Origin: an uncultured Actinomycetota bacterium
Lineage (GTDB): Bacteria; Actinomycetota; Actinomycetes; JAHEKZ01
Assembly (NCBI GenBank): GCA_963718235.1
Contig: CAVQYR010000002.1
Coordinates: forward strand, 448,001-512,000
DNA length: 64,000 nt
Direction of reading: 5' to 3'
Shown: piece after piece, positions 9,414-18,746 of the stretch
How positions within the stretch are numbered: the stretch's first letter is position 1
Layout: each line of letters starts with the position of its first letter
Position numbers and translations under genes: made by a program
The notes under the pieces: generated by a model
Database searches by the model: none
Told to the model about the DNA's origin: nothing
What the model saw: only the letters and a program-made list of their open reading frames with translations

Positions 9414-11513
9414 GTGGATGCCGACGCCGTGCTTGCCGGGCTCGACCCCGAGCAGCGCGCCGTGGCCACGGCGCCTCGGGGTCCGGTGTGTGTGCTGGCC
9501 GGGGCGGGCACTGGCAAGACCCGGGCCCTGACCCACCGGATCGCCTACGCCGTCCACTCCGGTCAGGTCGACCCGGCCCGGGTGCTGTCGCTCACCTTCA
9601 CCGCGCGCGCTGCCGGCGAGCTGCGCGGTCGGCTGCGGACGCTCGAGGTCGACGGGGTCCAGGCACGCACCATCCATGCGGCGGCGCTGCGGCAGCTGCG
9701 CTACTTCTGGCCCCAGGTGGTCGGGGGCGAGCCGCCGAGCGTCCTGGCCCAGAAGGCCGGGCTCGTGGCCGAGGCCGCGTCGCGGTGCCGGGTGCGGGTC
9801 GACCGCACCGCCCTGCGCGACCTCGCCTCGGAGATCGAGTGGGCGAAGGTGAGCCAGGTCGCACCGGACGACTACCCCGCGTCGGCCGCCGCAGCAGCCC
9901 GGGCCATGCCCGCCGACCTCCCCCCGGGTGAGGTCGCGCGCGTCTACGGCGCCTACGACGACGTCAAGCGGGGGCGCGGCCAGATCGACTTCGAGGACGT
10001 CCTGCTGCTCACCGCCGGCATGCTCGACGACGACAGCCGGATGGCCGGCAACGTCCGGGCCCAGTACCAGCACCTGCTCGTCGATGAGTACCAGGACGTC
10101 AGCCCGGCCCAGCAGAGGCTGATCGACCTCTGGCTCGGCGACGGTGACGACCTGACCGTCGTCGGCGATGCCGCCCAGACCATCTACTCCTTCACCGGGG
10201 CGTCGCCGCGGTTCCTGACCGGCTTCGCCCAGCGCTATCCGCACGCGACCGTGGTGCGGCTCGTGCGCGACTACCGGTCAACCCCTCAGGTCGTCGGTCT
10301 GGCGAACCGGGTGCTCGCGTCGTCCCCCGGCGACCCGGCACTGCGCCTCCAGCTCGTGGCGCAGCGGCCCGACGGTCCCGAGCCCGCGTTCGTCGGTCAC
10401 GCCGACGAGCCCGCCGAGGCGGCCGACGTCGTGGCCCGGATCAAGCACCTCGTCGAGTCCGGTGTCGCGGCGCGCGACATCGCCGTGCTGTACCGGGTCA
10501 ACGCGCAGAGCGAGGTCTACGAGGAGGAGCTGGCCCGCTGGGGGATCGACTACGTCGTCCGTGGCGGCGAGCGGTTCTTCGAACGGCCCGAGGTGCGCGA
10601 GGCGGTGGCGCTGCTGCGTGGCTCCCTGCGCAGCGGCGAGTCGCTCGGCGGCGACGTCTCGCTCACCGACCAGGTCAGCTCGGTCCTGGCCACCGCCGGC
10701 TACACCTCCACCGCGCCCGCAGGTCAGGGCACGGCCCGGACCCGCTGGGAGTCGTGGGCCGCACTGGTCGCCCTGGCCGGTGAGGTCGAGGCGCAGTCGC
10801 CCGGTGCGGGGTTGGCGCAGTTCGTGGACGAGCTCGACGAGCGAGCCGCGCTGCAGCATGCGCCAACCGTCGACGGCGTCACGCTGGCGTCGCTGCATGC
10901 CGCGAAGGGGCTCGAGTGGGACGCCGTCTTCCTGGTCGGGCTCGTCGACGGCACGCTGCCGATCACGTACGCGACCACCGCTGACCAGGTCGAGGAGGAG
11001 CGACGCTTGCTGTACGTCGGTGTCACCCGGGCTCGCGAGCACCTGACCTTGAGCTGGGCCACGGCCCGCAACCCCGGCACGCGCGGTCAACGCCGTCCGT
11101 CACGCTTCCTCGACGGCCTTCGCCCCGCCGATCCAGCGTCGACCGACGGGTCGGCGACCGGTCGAGGTTCCAGGCGCCGTAAGGGCTCGGCGCGCTGTCG
11201 GGTGTGCGGTCGAGCACTGACGACTGCCGTCGAACGCAAGCTGAGGCACTGCGCCGACTGCGAGGTCGACGTCGACCTCGCACTCTTCGAGCGACTGCGT
11301 GAGTGGCGGCTGACCGAGGCGCAGCACGCCAGTGTCCCTGCCTACGTCGTGTTCACCGACGTCACCCTCACCGCGATCGCCCAGGACCGTCCGACCACCG
11401 AGGCCGAGCTCGTCGCCGTGCCCGGAGTCGGACCCTCCAAGCTGGCGCGGTACGGACCTGCGGTGCTCGCCGTCGTCGCGGGCGAGTGGACCGGACACGC
11501 CGACGCACGATAA
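9414..11513 (+). CDS. uvrD2: ATP-dependent DNA helicase UvrD2 with tetracysteine and HRDC domains
   Basis: AGAGTGKT, DEYQD, HAAKGLEW; CRVC..CADC; HRDC LREWR..VPAYVVFTD. Confidence 0.92.
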   Translation: MDADAVLAGLDPEQRAVATAPRGPVCVLAGAGTGKTRALTHRIAYAVHSGQVDPARVLSLTFTARAAGELRGRLRTLEVDGVQARTIHAAALRQLRYFWPQVVGGEPPSVLAQKAGLVAEAASRCRVRVDRTALRDLASEIEWAKVSQVAPDDYPASAAAAARAMPADLPPGEVARVYGAYDDVKRGRGQIDFEDVLLLTAGMLDDDSRMAGNVRAQYQHLLVDEYQDVSPAQQRLIDLWLGDGDDLTVVGDAAQTIYSFTGASPRFLTGFAQRYPHATVVRLVRDYRSTPQVVGLANRVLASSPGDPALRLQLVAQRPDGPEPAFVGHADEPAEAADVVARIKHLVESGVAARDIAVLYRVNAQSEVYEEELARWGIDYVVRGGERFFERPEVREAVALLRGSLRSGESLGGDVSLTDQVSSVLATAGYTSTAPAGQGTARTRWESWAALVALAGEVEAQSPGAGLAQFVDELDERAALQHAPTVDGVTLASLHAAKGLEWDAVFLVGLVDGTLPITYATTADQVEEERRLLYVGVTRAREHLTLSWATARNPGTRGQRRPSRFLDGLRPADPASTDGSATGRGSRRRKGSARCRVCGRALTTAVERKLRHCADCEVDVDLALFERLREWRLTEAQHASVPAYVVFTDVTLTAIAQDRPTTEAELVAVPGVGPSKLARYGPAVLAVVAGEWTGHADAR

Positions 11514-11548
11514 ATCCCTTGCCCGCGCGTGACGGCGTCGCGTACCCT
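11510..11548 (+). promoter_or_regulatory. WhiB7/WblC-type autoregulated promoter
   Basis: AT-rich ATAAAT (11510-11515) 3 nt before -35 TTGCCC (11519-11524), 18-nt spacer, -10 TACCCT (11543-11548); matches the known WhiB7-dependent promoter layout. Confidence 0.75.
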
Positions 11549-11622
11549 GTCCGAACGCGCGGCACCACTGGTGCCCGCGCACTGTTGACGAAGTCCGAGC
11601 CGCGACGAGGAGGTGACCTGAG

Positions 11623-11769
11623 GTGAAGCACATGACGCAGTACTCCGCAACGACCCCCGCTGCACGCCCGGTCGCCCTCGGCGCCCCCGTGTCGCAGGGG
11701 ATCGGTGCACGTGGATTCGTCGGCCCGAACGCCGACTCGGCTGTCCGCACCTGGAGTCCACCAGTCTGA
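11623..11769 (+). CDS. whiB7 leader peptide (uORF, 48 aa)
   Basis: SD GAGGAGGTGA at 11607-11616; GTG 11623 (in-frame ATG 11632): VKHMTQYSATTPAARPVALGAPVSQGIGARGFVGPNADSAVRTWSPPV*. Below the ORF-track size cutoff. Confidence 0.75.
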   Translation: MKHMTQYSATTPAARPVALGAPVSQGIGARGFVGPNADSAVRTWSPPV

Positions 11770-11789
11770 CCCTTTGACTGGCTCACTCC

Positions 11790-11826
11790 AGGCCGCGGAT
11801 CCCGACCAGGGACCGCGGTCTTTCTC
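11790..11826 (+). terminator. Attenuator terminator in the whiB7 leader
   Basis: AGGCCGCGGATCCC-GACCA-GGGACCGCGGTCT hairpin followed by a T-rich tail, between the uORF and whiB7. Confidence 0.8.
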
Positions 11827-11888
11827 ATGGTCCAGCCAGAACAAAGAGCCAACCAGAACACCGAACCAACGCAAGGAGGTGAGCACCG

Positions 11889-12197
11889 ATGCCGCTGAAC
11901 CTGATCAACCCATCGATCGAGAGTGCCGCCGAGCTCGCAGTCGAGCTGACCGTCGTTGCAACGCGCGCACCGTGCGAGGCCTTCGACCCCGAGCTGTGGT
12001 TCTCCGAGACCCCGGACGGCGTGGAACAGGCCAAGGCCCTGTGCCGCACCTGCCCCCGGCGTGAGTCGTGCCTCGTCGGTGCTCTCGAGCGCAAGGAGCC
12101 GTGGGGTGTGTGGGGTGGCGAGCTCTTCGTCAGTGGAGTCGTGGTCCCACGCAAGCGGCCGCGCGGTCGTCCGCGCAAGGACGCCCAGGTCGCCTGA
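11889..12197 (+). CDS. whiB7: WhiB7/WblC transcriptional activator
   Basis: Four Cys, GVWGG turn, C-terminal AT-hook RPRGRPRK; SD AAGGAGGT; downstream of uvrD2. Confidence 0.93.
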   Translation: MPLNLINPSIESAAELAVELTVVATRAPCEAFDPELWFSETPDGVEQAKALCRTCPRRESCLVGALERKEPWGVWGGELFVSGVVVPRKRPRGRPRKDAQVA

Positions 12198-12275
12198 CCT
12201 TGGGTCGACTGCTCACCCCTGCGGTCTCGACGTCGGCTCTCGAACCATCGTGTCCACGTGTAGGAAGGACCTGTC

Positions 12276-12458
12276 ATGTTCACCGTTCTCGAGCACACTC
12301 GTGCTCATCACGACGAGCGGCTGAGATCCGCTCATGAGCACCGGCGGCAGCTCCGGCTGCTCGCGGCTCGGCGCGCTCAGCGTCGCGCCGAGCGCGCCGC
12401 CTGCCGGGCCCGTGAGGCTGCTCTGCAGGCCTCACTGGCCGCCACGAACATGTGGTGA
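12276..12458 (+). CDS. Small basic helical protein downstream of whiB7
   Basis: AGGAAGGA SD, 60-aa Arg/Ala-rich ORF co-oriented with whiB7. Confidence 0.6.
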   Translation: MFTVLEHTRAHHDERLRSAHEHRRQLRLLAARRAQRRAERAACRAREAALQASLAATNMW

Positions 12459-12527
12459 CCGCAGCTCACGCCGTCCGCGGCGAGTGCCGACTTCGGTCGT
12501 GTTCTCGCCGCGGACTGCTGCCCGGCC

Positions 12528-13832
12528 TCAGCTGGCGAAGCCGGGGACCCAGGTCTCGCACTCGCTGCGGAAGGGCGCCTCGCAGTCCAGCTGGCACAGC
12601 ACCCCCATGATGCCGAGGGTCGTCCGGTGGATCAGCAGGTACGACGGGGGCAGGTTGAGCTTGGTCCCGGTCGTGGCCTGACGCAGGTCGCCCAGACGGA
12701 TGGCCTCGGCGCGAAGCCAGGGGCGGGTGAACCGGAACGTGGGGGTGCGCACCGGGTCGAGCAGTGGGAGCAGGTACTCGAGCAGCACCTCGGGATCGAG
12801 GTCGACCTTCGAACGGACGAACCCCTCCTCGCGCAGTCCGTCGATGACCGCGTCGGCATCGCCGTCGATGGCCAGCCGGGCCAGGCGACCGATCGACGGG
12901 GGCAACCCGTCGGGCAGCTCGCTGACGGCGCCGAAGTCGAGGACTCCCAGCCGCGCGTCCGGCATGAGGCGGAAGTTGCCTGGGTGCGGGTCGCCGTGCA
13001 GCAGACCGGCACGTTGAGGGCCGGAGTACAGGAAACGCACGAGCAGGAGACCGGCGCGGTCGCGGTCGGCCTGGTGACCGTTGGCGATCACCCGGGACAG
13101 CGGCGTTCCCTCGATCCACTCGGTGACGAGCACCTGGTCGGCCCCGGCGATGACGTCGGGGACGACGAAGTCCGGGTCGTCGCGGTAGGCCAGGGCGAAC
13201 TGGTGCTGCACGCGCGCCTCGCGGCGGTAGTCCAGCTCCTCGACCATCCGCAGCTTCATCTCCTCGACCAGCGGCTTCATGTCCATACCGGGGTACAGCG
13301 GTCCGACCAGCCGCATCATCCGGCTGATCTGGTTGAGGTCGGACACGAGCGCCTGACCGGCGCCCGGGTACTGGATCTTGACCGCCACCGGGCGACCGTC
13401 GGACCACACCGCGCGGTGCACCTGGCCGATCGAGGCGGCTGCGGCAGGCGTGTCGTCGAAGCTGAGGAACTGCCGACGCCACTGCGGGCCGAGCTGCTCG
13501 GCGAGCACGGCGTGCACCGTGGCCGCGGCCAGCGGGGGAGCGGCTTCCTGCAGCTTGGCCAGCGTCTCGCGGTAGGGCTGGGCCAGCTCTTCGGGAAAGG
13601 CGGCCTCGAAGACGCTGAGCGCCTGGCCGAACTTCATCGCGCCGCCCTTGAGCTCTCCGAGGACCTTGAACATCTGTTCGGCGGTGCGCAGCTGCACCTC
13701 GGCCATGACCTGCTCCGCGGGACGGCCACCGACGCGTCGTCCGAGTCCCAAGGCGGTGCGTCCGGCCAGCCCGAGGGGCAACGTGGCCAGCTTGGCCGTG
13801 CGGGCAGCGGCACGGCGCGGGATCTCGGTCAC
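12528..13832 (-). CDS. ABC1/UbiB family atypical kinase
   Basis: [40 protein letters not shown]; start placed at GTG 13832 ([11 protein letters not shown]). Confidence 0.9.
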   Translation of the reverse strand: MTEIPRRAAARTAKLATLPLGLAGRTALGLGRRVGGRPAEQVMAEVQLRTAEQMFKVLGELKGGAMKFGQALSVFEAAFPEELAQPYRETLAKLQEAAPPLAAATVHAVLAEQLGPQWRRQFLSFDDTPAAAASIGQVHRAVWSDGRPVAVKIQYPGAGQALVSDLNQISRMMRLVGPLYPGMDMKPLVEEMKLRMVEELDYRREARVQHQFALAYRDDPDFVVPDVIAGADQVLVTEWIEGTPLSRVIANGHQADRDRAGLLLVRFLYSGPQRAGLLHGDPHPGNFRLMPDARLGVLDFGAVSELPDGLPPSIGRLARLAIDGDADAVIDGLREEGFVRSKVDLDPEVLLEYLLPLLDPVRTPTFRFTRPWLRAEAIRLGDLRQATTGTKLNLPPSYLLIHRTTLGIMGVLCQLDCEAPFRSECETWVPGFAS

Positions 13833-14917
13833 ACAGGTGATTGTGCCTGTTGGCGCCAGGCGCAGCCGCACGACGGGTGGCGGGGGTACGGGTGTTGGCT
13901 CACGATGCCGTCCGGGGGGCGCATCGTGAGCTCGGCATCCACGCTCGGTGGAAGGCCGCCGTCGACCCACGAGGTGATGTGCCACGCGGCCCAGGCTGCC
14001 GTCGCCGTGACGGCGATCGCGGGCGCCTCGTCGTGGGCCGGACCGGACAGCTGGGCCATCAGTCGCGGCCAGGCGGGGTCACGATCGGTGCGGTGGTGGT
14101 CGACGCACGTGAGGCACGCGGTCTCACCCGGGACGACGAGTGGGCCGAGGCGACCCACACCCTCGACCACGTCGACCACGAGGTGTGGCTGCCCCGCGTT
14201 CACCAGTGCTTGTGCGCGCCGCCTCAGCTCGGGGAGGTCGGACCGGCCGGCGAGGACGACCAGCGCCGGCGCCGTGGACGACGGAGGAGTCGGCGCCCGA
14301 TGGGCGTGCTCGGCCAGTCGTTCGTGCAGCACTCGGTCGCGCGGTTGGTCGATGTCGCAGGAGCGGTGACCACCTGGGAGGACATCGACCTCGCGGACCG
14401 GTGCCGGGTCGAGCAGGCGCAGGTGGTCCAGCCCGGCCGCATGGAGCAGCACCGTGAGAGAGGCACCCAGTCGGCCCAGGCCCTCGATCTGCAGGCAGGT
14501 CCGCTGACGCCGGACGAAGGCGCGGGTTCCGTCTCCCGGCGCGCGCTGGGACAAGACCAGCGACGTGAGCTCAGGGCCCAGCCGCGCGCGGCGGGCGCGC
14601 AGGGAGCGCCCGAACGGCGTGCTGACCGCGGCCGCGTCGTCGAGCACCCCGTGGGCGACCAGTCCGTCGAGCAGCACGGAGGCGGTCTCCGGCGGGAGCC
14701 CACCTGCGGAGACGACCTGCGCCCGGGTCTGGTGACCGTCCAGGCCGAGCAGGAAGGCCGCGACGGCGTCGTCGACCTCGGGGACGACCACGGCGGTGTC
14801 CGGGTCGGTGCCGAACTGGACGGTGTGCGGGTCCCGCCACAGGCGGCGCAGGCCGGGCTTCAGGGCCGGTCGCCAGCGCGAGGACGCCGGCGGTTCTGGG
14901 GACGGGTGGGACGGCAC
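13829..14917 (-). CDS. ThiF/TOMM-scaffold-like protein (Rv3196-like)
   Basis: RPALKPGLRRLWRD, degenerate GLGRLG Rossmann motif, LGPLVVPGETACLTC, C-terminal HPSCGC. Confidence 0.75.
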   Translation of the reverse strand: MPSHPSPEPPASSRWRPALKPGLRRLWRDPHTVQFGTDPDTAVVVPEVDDAVAAFLLGLDGHQTRAQVVSAGGLPPETASVLLDGLVAHGVLDDAAAVSTPFGRSLRARRARLGPELTSLVLSQRAPGDGTRAFVRRQRTCLQIEGLGRLGASLTVLLHAAGLDHLRLLDPAPVREVDVLPGGHRSCDIDQPRDRVLHERLAEHAHRAPTPPSSTAPALVVLAGRSDLPELRRRAQALVNAGQPHLVVDVVEGVGRLGPLVVPGETACLTCVDHHRTDRDPAWPRLMAQLSGPAHDEAPAIAVTATAAWAAWHITSWVDGGLPPSVDAELTMRPPDGIVSQHPYPRHPSCGCAWRQQAQSPV

Positions 14918-15085
14918 GACACCTCCGTGGGACACGGGAAGGCGTGCAGCGTGCCACGCGCCCACGATCGACCGCGGTCGGCGTCCACAGGAGCGAGCGG
15001 GCCACGACATGCGTCGAGGGGGGCAGGTCGTGATCGACCCACCCCCCTCGACGTCGTCGTGGGGGCGGAAGCCCTCAGCAGGCGG

Positions 15086-15241
15086 TCAGGCCTTGCCGAG
15101 GATCCGGTTGAGCTTGGTGCCGCAGACGGGGCAGATGCCCTTGGCCATGCGTCGGCCATTGGCCTCGTGGACCTCGCCGGTGAAGTCGCGCTTCTCCTTG
15201 CACTTCACGCAGTAGGCCTCGCCGGTGTAGCTCTCGGCCAT
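15086..15241 (-). CDS. DUF5679-like zinc-ribbon small protein
   Basis: MAESYTGEAYCVKCKEKR..MAKGICPVCGTKLNRILGK, SD AGGAGGAG. Confidence 0.85.
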   Translation of the reverse strand: MAESYTGEAYCVKCKEKRDFTGEVHEANGRRMAKGICPVCGTKLNRILGKA

Positions 15242-15436
15242 GGTGGGACTCCTCCTGGGTTCGTCCGGGGACTTCGCTCCCCGGCTCGGGGGGCCACGCA
15301 ACACGTGGCCGACACCGTGGGAACCCTACGGGACTGCCGTGGCAAAGCGCGCCACGCCACGCCGCACCGGAAGAACGGCTCCCTCGCGGCCGATCGGGCC
15401 CGAATCGGCCCCGATCGGCCGCGAACCGGACTAGAC

Positions 15437-15513
15437 ACGAAACCCCCGGGTCGCGTGACCGGCCATTCGCCTTCCCCTTGCGAATGCCCAGCCCGTTATC
15501 CCGGGGGTTTCGT
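15437..15513. repeat. 14-bp inverted repeat with 49-nt spacer
   Basis: ACGAAACCCCCGGG (15437-15450) and CCCGGGGGTTTCGT (15500-15513). Confidence 0.85.
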
Positions 15514-15778
15514 CGGGAGCGACCGTAGGGCTCGCGCGACCCGCGCGTCAACGTCGGGCCGGTGGGCCTGTGGACGTCCCTGGGGACAGGCCTGGGGACG
15601 GCTTGGTGTGTCGCTGTTGACGAGCGGTTCACAACCTGGGGACGAAGTGGGCCCGTCGGCGAGGCTGCGACGCTGACCTGCACGAACGCCGGAGAGGGTT
15701 GTGGACGTCAGAAATCTTGAACTCCAGGTGTCGACCAGGACGCCGCTCGGTGTCGGTGACCCGACGTAGGGTCGACGC

Positions 15779-16333
15779 ATGGACGAGCAAGGGTCGGCCA
15801 GCCTGCCCTCTGGCCCACGGGTGGAGGTGCGCCGCAGCTCCCGCCGGCGCCGCACGGTGTCTGCCTACCGCGACGGAGACACGACCATCGTGCTCATGCC
15901 CGCGCGGATCCCCCGGCGCGAGGAGCAGCAGTGGGTGGCCGAGATGGTGGCCAGGCTCGACGCCCGTGAGGCCAAGACCCGGCCCAGCGACGCGGGCCTG
16001 GCCGAAAGGGCCGAGCTGCTCTCGCGGCAGTACCTGGACGGCCGGGCCCGCCCGCGTTCGGTGCAGTGGGTCGCCAACCAGCGGCACCGGTGGGGTTCCT
16101 GCACGATCGACGACGCCTCGATCCGGCTGTCGCGGCGGTTGCAGGGCATGCCCACCTGGGTGGTCGACTACGTGCTTCTGCACGAGCTGACCCACCTGAT
16201 CGTGCCCGGGCACGGCCGTGACTTCTGGGCCCTGCTCGAGCCGTACCCGCAGCTGGAGCGGGCCCGTGGGTACCTCGAGGGCGTGTCTGCAGCCTGGGAC
16301 GAGAAGCTCGGCGATCCGGCGTCCCCGGTCTGA
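15779..16333 (+). CDS. M48/YgjP (DUF45) family metallopeptidase-like protein
   Basis: VEVRRSSRRRRTV, RWGSC, DYVLLHELTH..HGRDFW. Confidence 0.88.
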   Translation: MDEQGSASLPSGPRVEVRRSSRRRRTVSAYRDGDTTIVLMPARIPRREEQQWVAEMVARLDAREAKTRPSDAGLAERAELLSRQYLDGRARPRSVQWVANQRHRWGSCTIDDASIRLSRRLQGMPTWVVDYVLLHELTHLIVPGHGRDFWALLEPYPQLERARGYLEGVSAAWDEKLGDPASPV

Positions 16334-16394
16334 CTCCTCAGCTGCTCAGCCGGTCAGCGGCCCAACCGCTCAGTAGCCCGGCGCCCTCGGCCGC

Positions 16395-16937
16395 TCAGCG
16401 GTCCAGCTGGTGGATGCCGGCCGTGACCAGGTCGTGCACCGAACGGTCGCCTGGCGTGGGCAGGGAGCCGACGTCGAACCAGGCGACCTTCAGCGACTCC
16501 GCGCTGGTTGCCGGCTCGGCGTCGGGGTCGCACGAAGCGAGGAACTGCACGTCGAGGTGACAGTCGGCCCCGCACGGCGCCGGATGGATGTCGAGGCGCA
16601 GCGGTTCGGGCGACCACAGCGTGAGCCCGGCGACCCCCGACTCCTCGCGCGCCTCGCGCAGCGCAGCCGCGGCCAGGCCGTCGTCCTCGGGCTCGACATG
16701 ACCGCCGAACTGCAGCCAGCGCCCGACCTTGCGGTGCAGCCCGAGCATGACCCGAGTGCCGTCCGGTGACAGCACGATCGCGCTCGCGGTCACATGGTTG
16801 GGTCGACAGCTGCGGCGCAACGCGTCGGGGTGTTCGCGCACGAAGTCGAGCACCACGGTGCGTTGCTGCTGTTGCCCCGGTTCGACCGGGTCGAACGAGG
16901 TCAGGACGGCCAGGGCGTCGTCGTACGCGCTGCTCAC
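16395..16937 (-). CDS. NUDIX hydrolase
   Basis: HVTASA, WLQFGGHVE..AALREAREESG. Confidence 0.88.
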   Translation of the reverse strand: MSSAYDDALAVLTSFDPVEPGQQQQRTVVLDFVREHPDALRRSCRPNHVTASAIVLSPDGTRVMLGLHRKVGRWLQFGGHVEPEDDGLAAAALREAREESGVAGLTLWSPEPLRLDIHPAPCGADCHLDVQFLASCDPDAEPATSAESLKVAWFDVGSLPTPGDRSVHDLVTAGIHQLDR

Positions 16938-18247
16938 TCGTCGGTGTCGCTCGACGGCGGGAGGTCGTCGAACACCGAGACGTCAAGCGGCTTGGTCTCC
17001 CCTGCCGCCCGCTCGAAGAACGCGGTCGGGTCGTCCAGGTCGTCGGCCGTGGGCAGGAGGTCCGGGTGGTTCCACACGGCGTCGCGGGTCGCTGTGCCGT
17101 GGACCGCCCCGAGCTCGAGCCACAACGCTGCGGCGTCGCGCGAGCGACGCGGACGAAGCTCGAGGCCGACCAGGTTGGCGAACGTTGCCTCGGCCGGGCC
17201 ACCGGTGGCCCGACGCCGACGCACCGACTCCCGAAGCGCGCCCGCTGCCGGCAGTCGTGGCGAGGCCGCGGCGTCGACGACGACGTCGACCCAACCCTCG
17301 ACCAGGGCGAGGAGCGTCTCCAGCCGGGCCAGCGTGGCCTGCTGCTCGGGGGTCGTGGCGGGCTCGAACATGCCCGAGGTCATCAGCTCGTTCAACGCCT
17401 CCGGGTTCGACGGGTCGACGCCACCCAGCGCTCCCTCGAGCCCGCTGAGGTCGATCGAGATCCCGCGGGCGTAGTCGCTGACGGCGCTGGTGATGCGCGA
17501 CCTCAGCCACGGGGCGTGGTGGAACAGGCGAACGTGGGCCACCTCGCGCAGCGCGAGGTACAGACGCACCTGGTCGTCGGGGACGCCGAGACCCTCACCG
17601 AAGGCAGCGAGGTTCACCGGGAGCAGCACCGCTGTGCCCGCGGGTGCCAGCGGGATCCCGACGTCGGTGGACCCGACGACCTCACCGGCGAGGGCGCCCA
17701 GGCCCTGCCCCACCTGCATGCCGAACATGGCACCGGACATCTGCTGCACCATCGACAGCATCGGCCCGGCCATCGCGCGCATCTCCTCGGGGATCGCGCG
17801 CGCGGACTCCTCGGCCATCCGCACGGCCAGCGGCTCGACGAGGTCCTTCCACTGGGGCAGCGTCGCGCTGACCCACTGGCTTCGGCTCCACGCCTCGGTC
17901 GTGCTGACGGCGGGAGGCAGCTCGGTGACGTCGTCGAGCCACAGCTCGGCCAGGCGCAGCGCATCGTCGACCAGGGCCCGGTCGCCGACCGAGGGGGCGC
18001 CGTCGCCGGCAGCGTCGACGAGCTGGCGGGCGGTGTCGGTGGCCGCCTTCCAGTTCACCGGCCCGGTGGACGACGAGAGGAGCTGGCCCAGCTGCTGGAA
18101 TGCTGCCCCGAGGTCGACCGGCTGACCCGGTGCCCCGCCCAGCCCGCCTCCGAACAGCGCGCCGAACGGGTTGGCCGCCGGGTCGGGGCCGGCGCTGTCG
18201 TCGTCGCCGGGCTCGGGCGGGCCGAAGCCGAACGGTACGTTGCTCAT
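16934..18247 (-). CDS. Zinc-dependent metalloprotease-like (zincin/DUF2342) protein
   Basis: MSNVPFGFG start, GPVNW, LREVAHVRLF, LETLLALVEGW, RRRATGGPAE, HPDLLPT. Confidence 0.85.
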   Translation of the reverse strand: MSNVPFGFGPPEPGDDDSAGPDPAANPFGALFGGGLGGAPGQPVDLGAAFQQLGQLLSSSTGPVNWKAATDTARQLVDAAGDGAPSVGDRALVDDALRLAELWLDDVTELPPAVSTTEAWSRSQWVSATLPQWKDLVEPLAVRMAEESARAIPEEMRAMAGPMLSMVQQMSGAMFGMQVGQGLGALAGEVVGSTDVGIPLAPAGTAVLLPVNLAAFGEGLGVPDDQVRLYLALREVAHVRLFHHAPWLRSRITSAVSDYARGISIDLSGLEGALGGVDPSNPEALNELMTSGMFEPATTPEQQATLARLETLLALVEGWVDVVVDAAASPRLPAAGALRESVRRRRATGGPAEATFANLVGLELRPRRSRDAAALWLELGAVHGTATRDAVWNHPDLLPTADDLDDPTAFFERAAGETKPLDVSVFDDLPPSSDTDE

Positions 18248-18512
18248 CGTCCACCTCATTGCCTGGTCAGGACGGTCGGTCGGCCGTGTGGTCGACCCCG
18301 CCGGTCCCGCTGTGCTGGTGCTGCTCCGCCGATCTGCCGATCGTCTCCACCGTAACCGGGGTTGGCCTCTCAGGAGTTCCCGCGTTCGCCGCCAGCGGAC
18401 CTCGCCGGTGCGCTGCGTGAGCGGTGGGCCCGGTCGCCGTCCGGGCTGACCTACCCTGGTGGGAGACACGCTGCATGGGCGGGTCGTCAGGGTCGACGTC
18501 CGGGAGGGCCCC

Positions 18513-18746
18513 GTGGGAGCGATGGTGTGGTGGCTCATCCCGCTGGTGGCCACCGTCGTCGCGATCGCATGGGTCACCTGGCTTAACCGCCCGCGCCCGC
18601 CGGCCGACACCCATGACTCGCTGCAGGAGCACGAGCGGTTCAAGCAGGCCATGTCGAAGCAGACTCCGAAGCAACCTCCCAAGCAGGCCCCGAAGCCACC
18701 ACCCGAGCAGCCTCCACCCCCTGCCGACGAGCAGGAACCCCGCTGA
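18513..18746 (+). CDS. Small membrane-anchored protein
   Basis: GGGAGGG SD; WWLIPLVATVVAIAWVTW TM helix, DSLQEHERFKQAM, Pro/Gln tail; stop overlaps the next ATG. Confidence 0.65.
   Translation: MGAMVWWLIPLVATVVAIAWVTWLNRPRPPADTHDSLQEHERFKQAMSKQTPKQPPKQAPKPPPEQPPPPADEQEPR

Noticed and set aside
1698-11513. Novel helicase-nuclease defence system
   Set aside because: Matches the known housekeeping AdnAB-NudC-Mrx1-UvrD2 repair locus.
13829-14917. RiPP (TOMM) biosynthetic cluster
   Set aside because: No YcaO, dehydrogenase, transporter or Cys/Ser/Thr-rich precursor nearby; the gene is part of a conserved core locus.
18655-18725. Short tandem repeats (PKQ/PPP codons); also GGCGGTGGCAGC repeats near 23105-23140
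   Set aside because: Low-complexity protein linkers inside CDSs, not CRISPR or mobile repeats; I saw no CRISPR array in the window.
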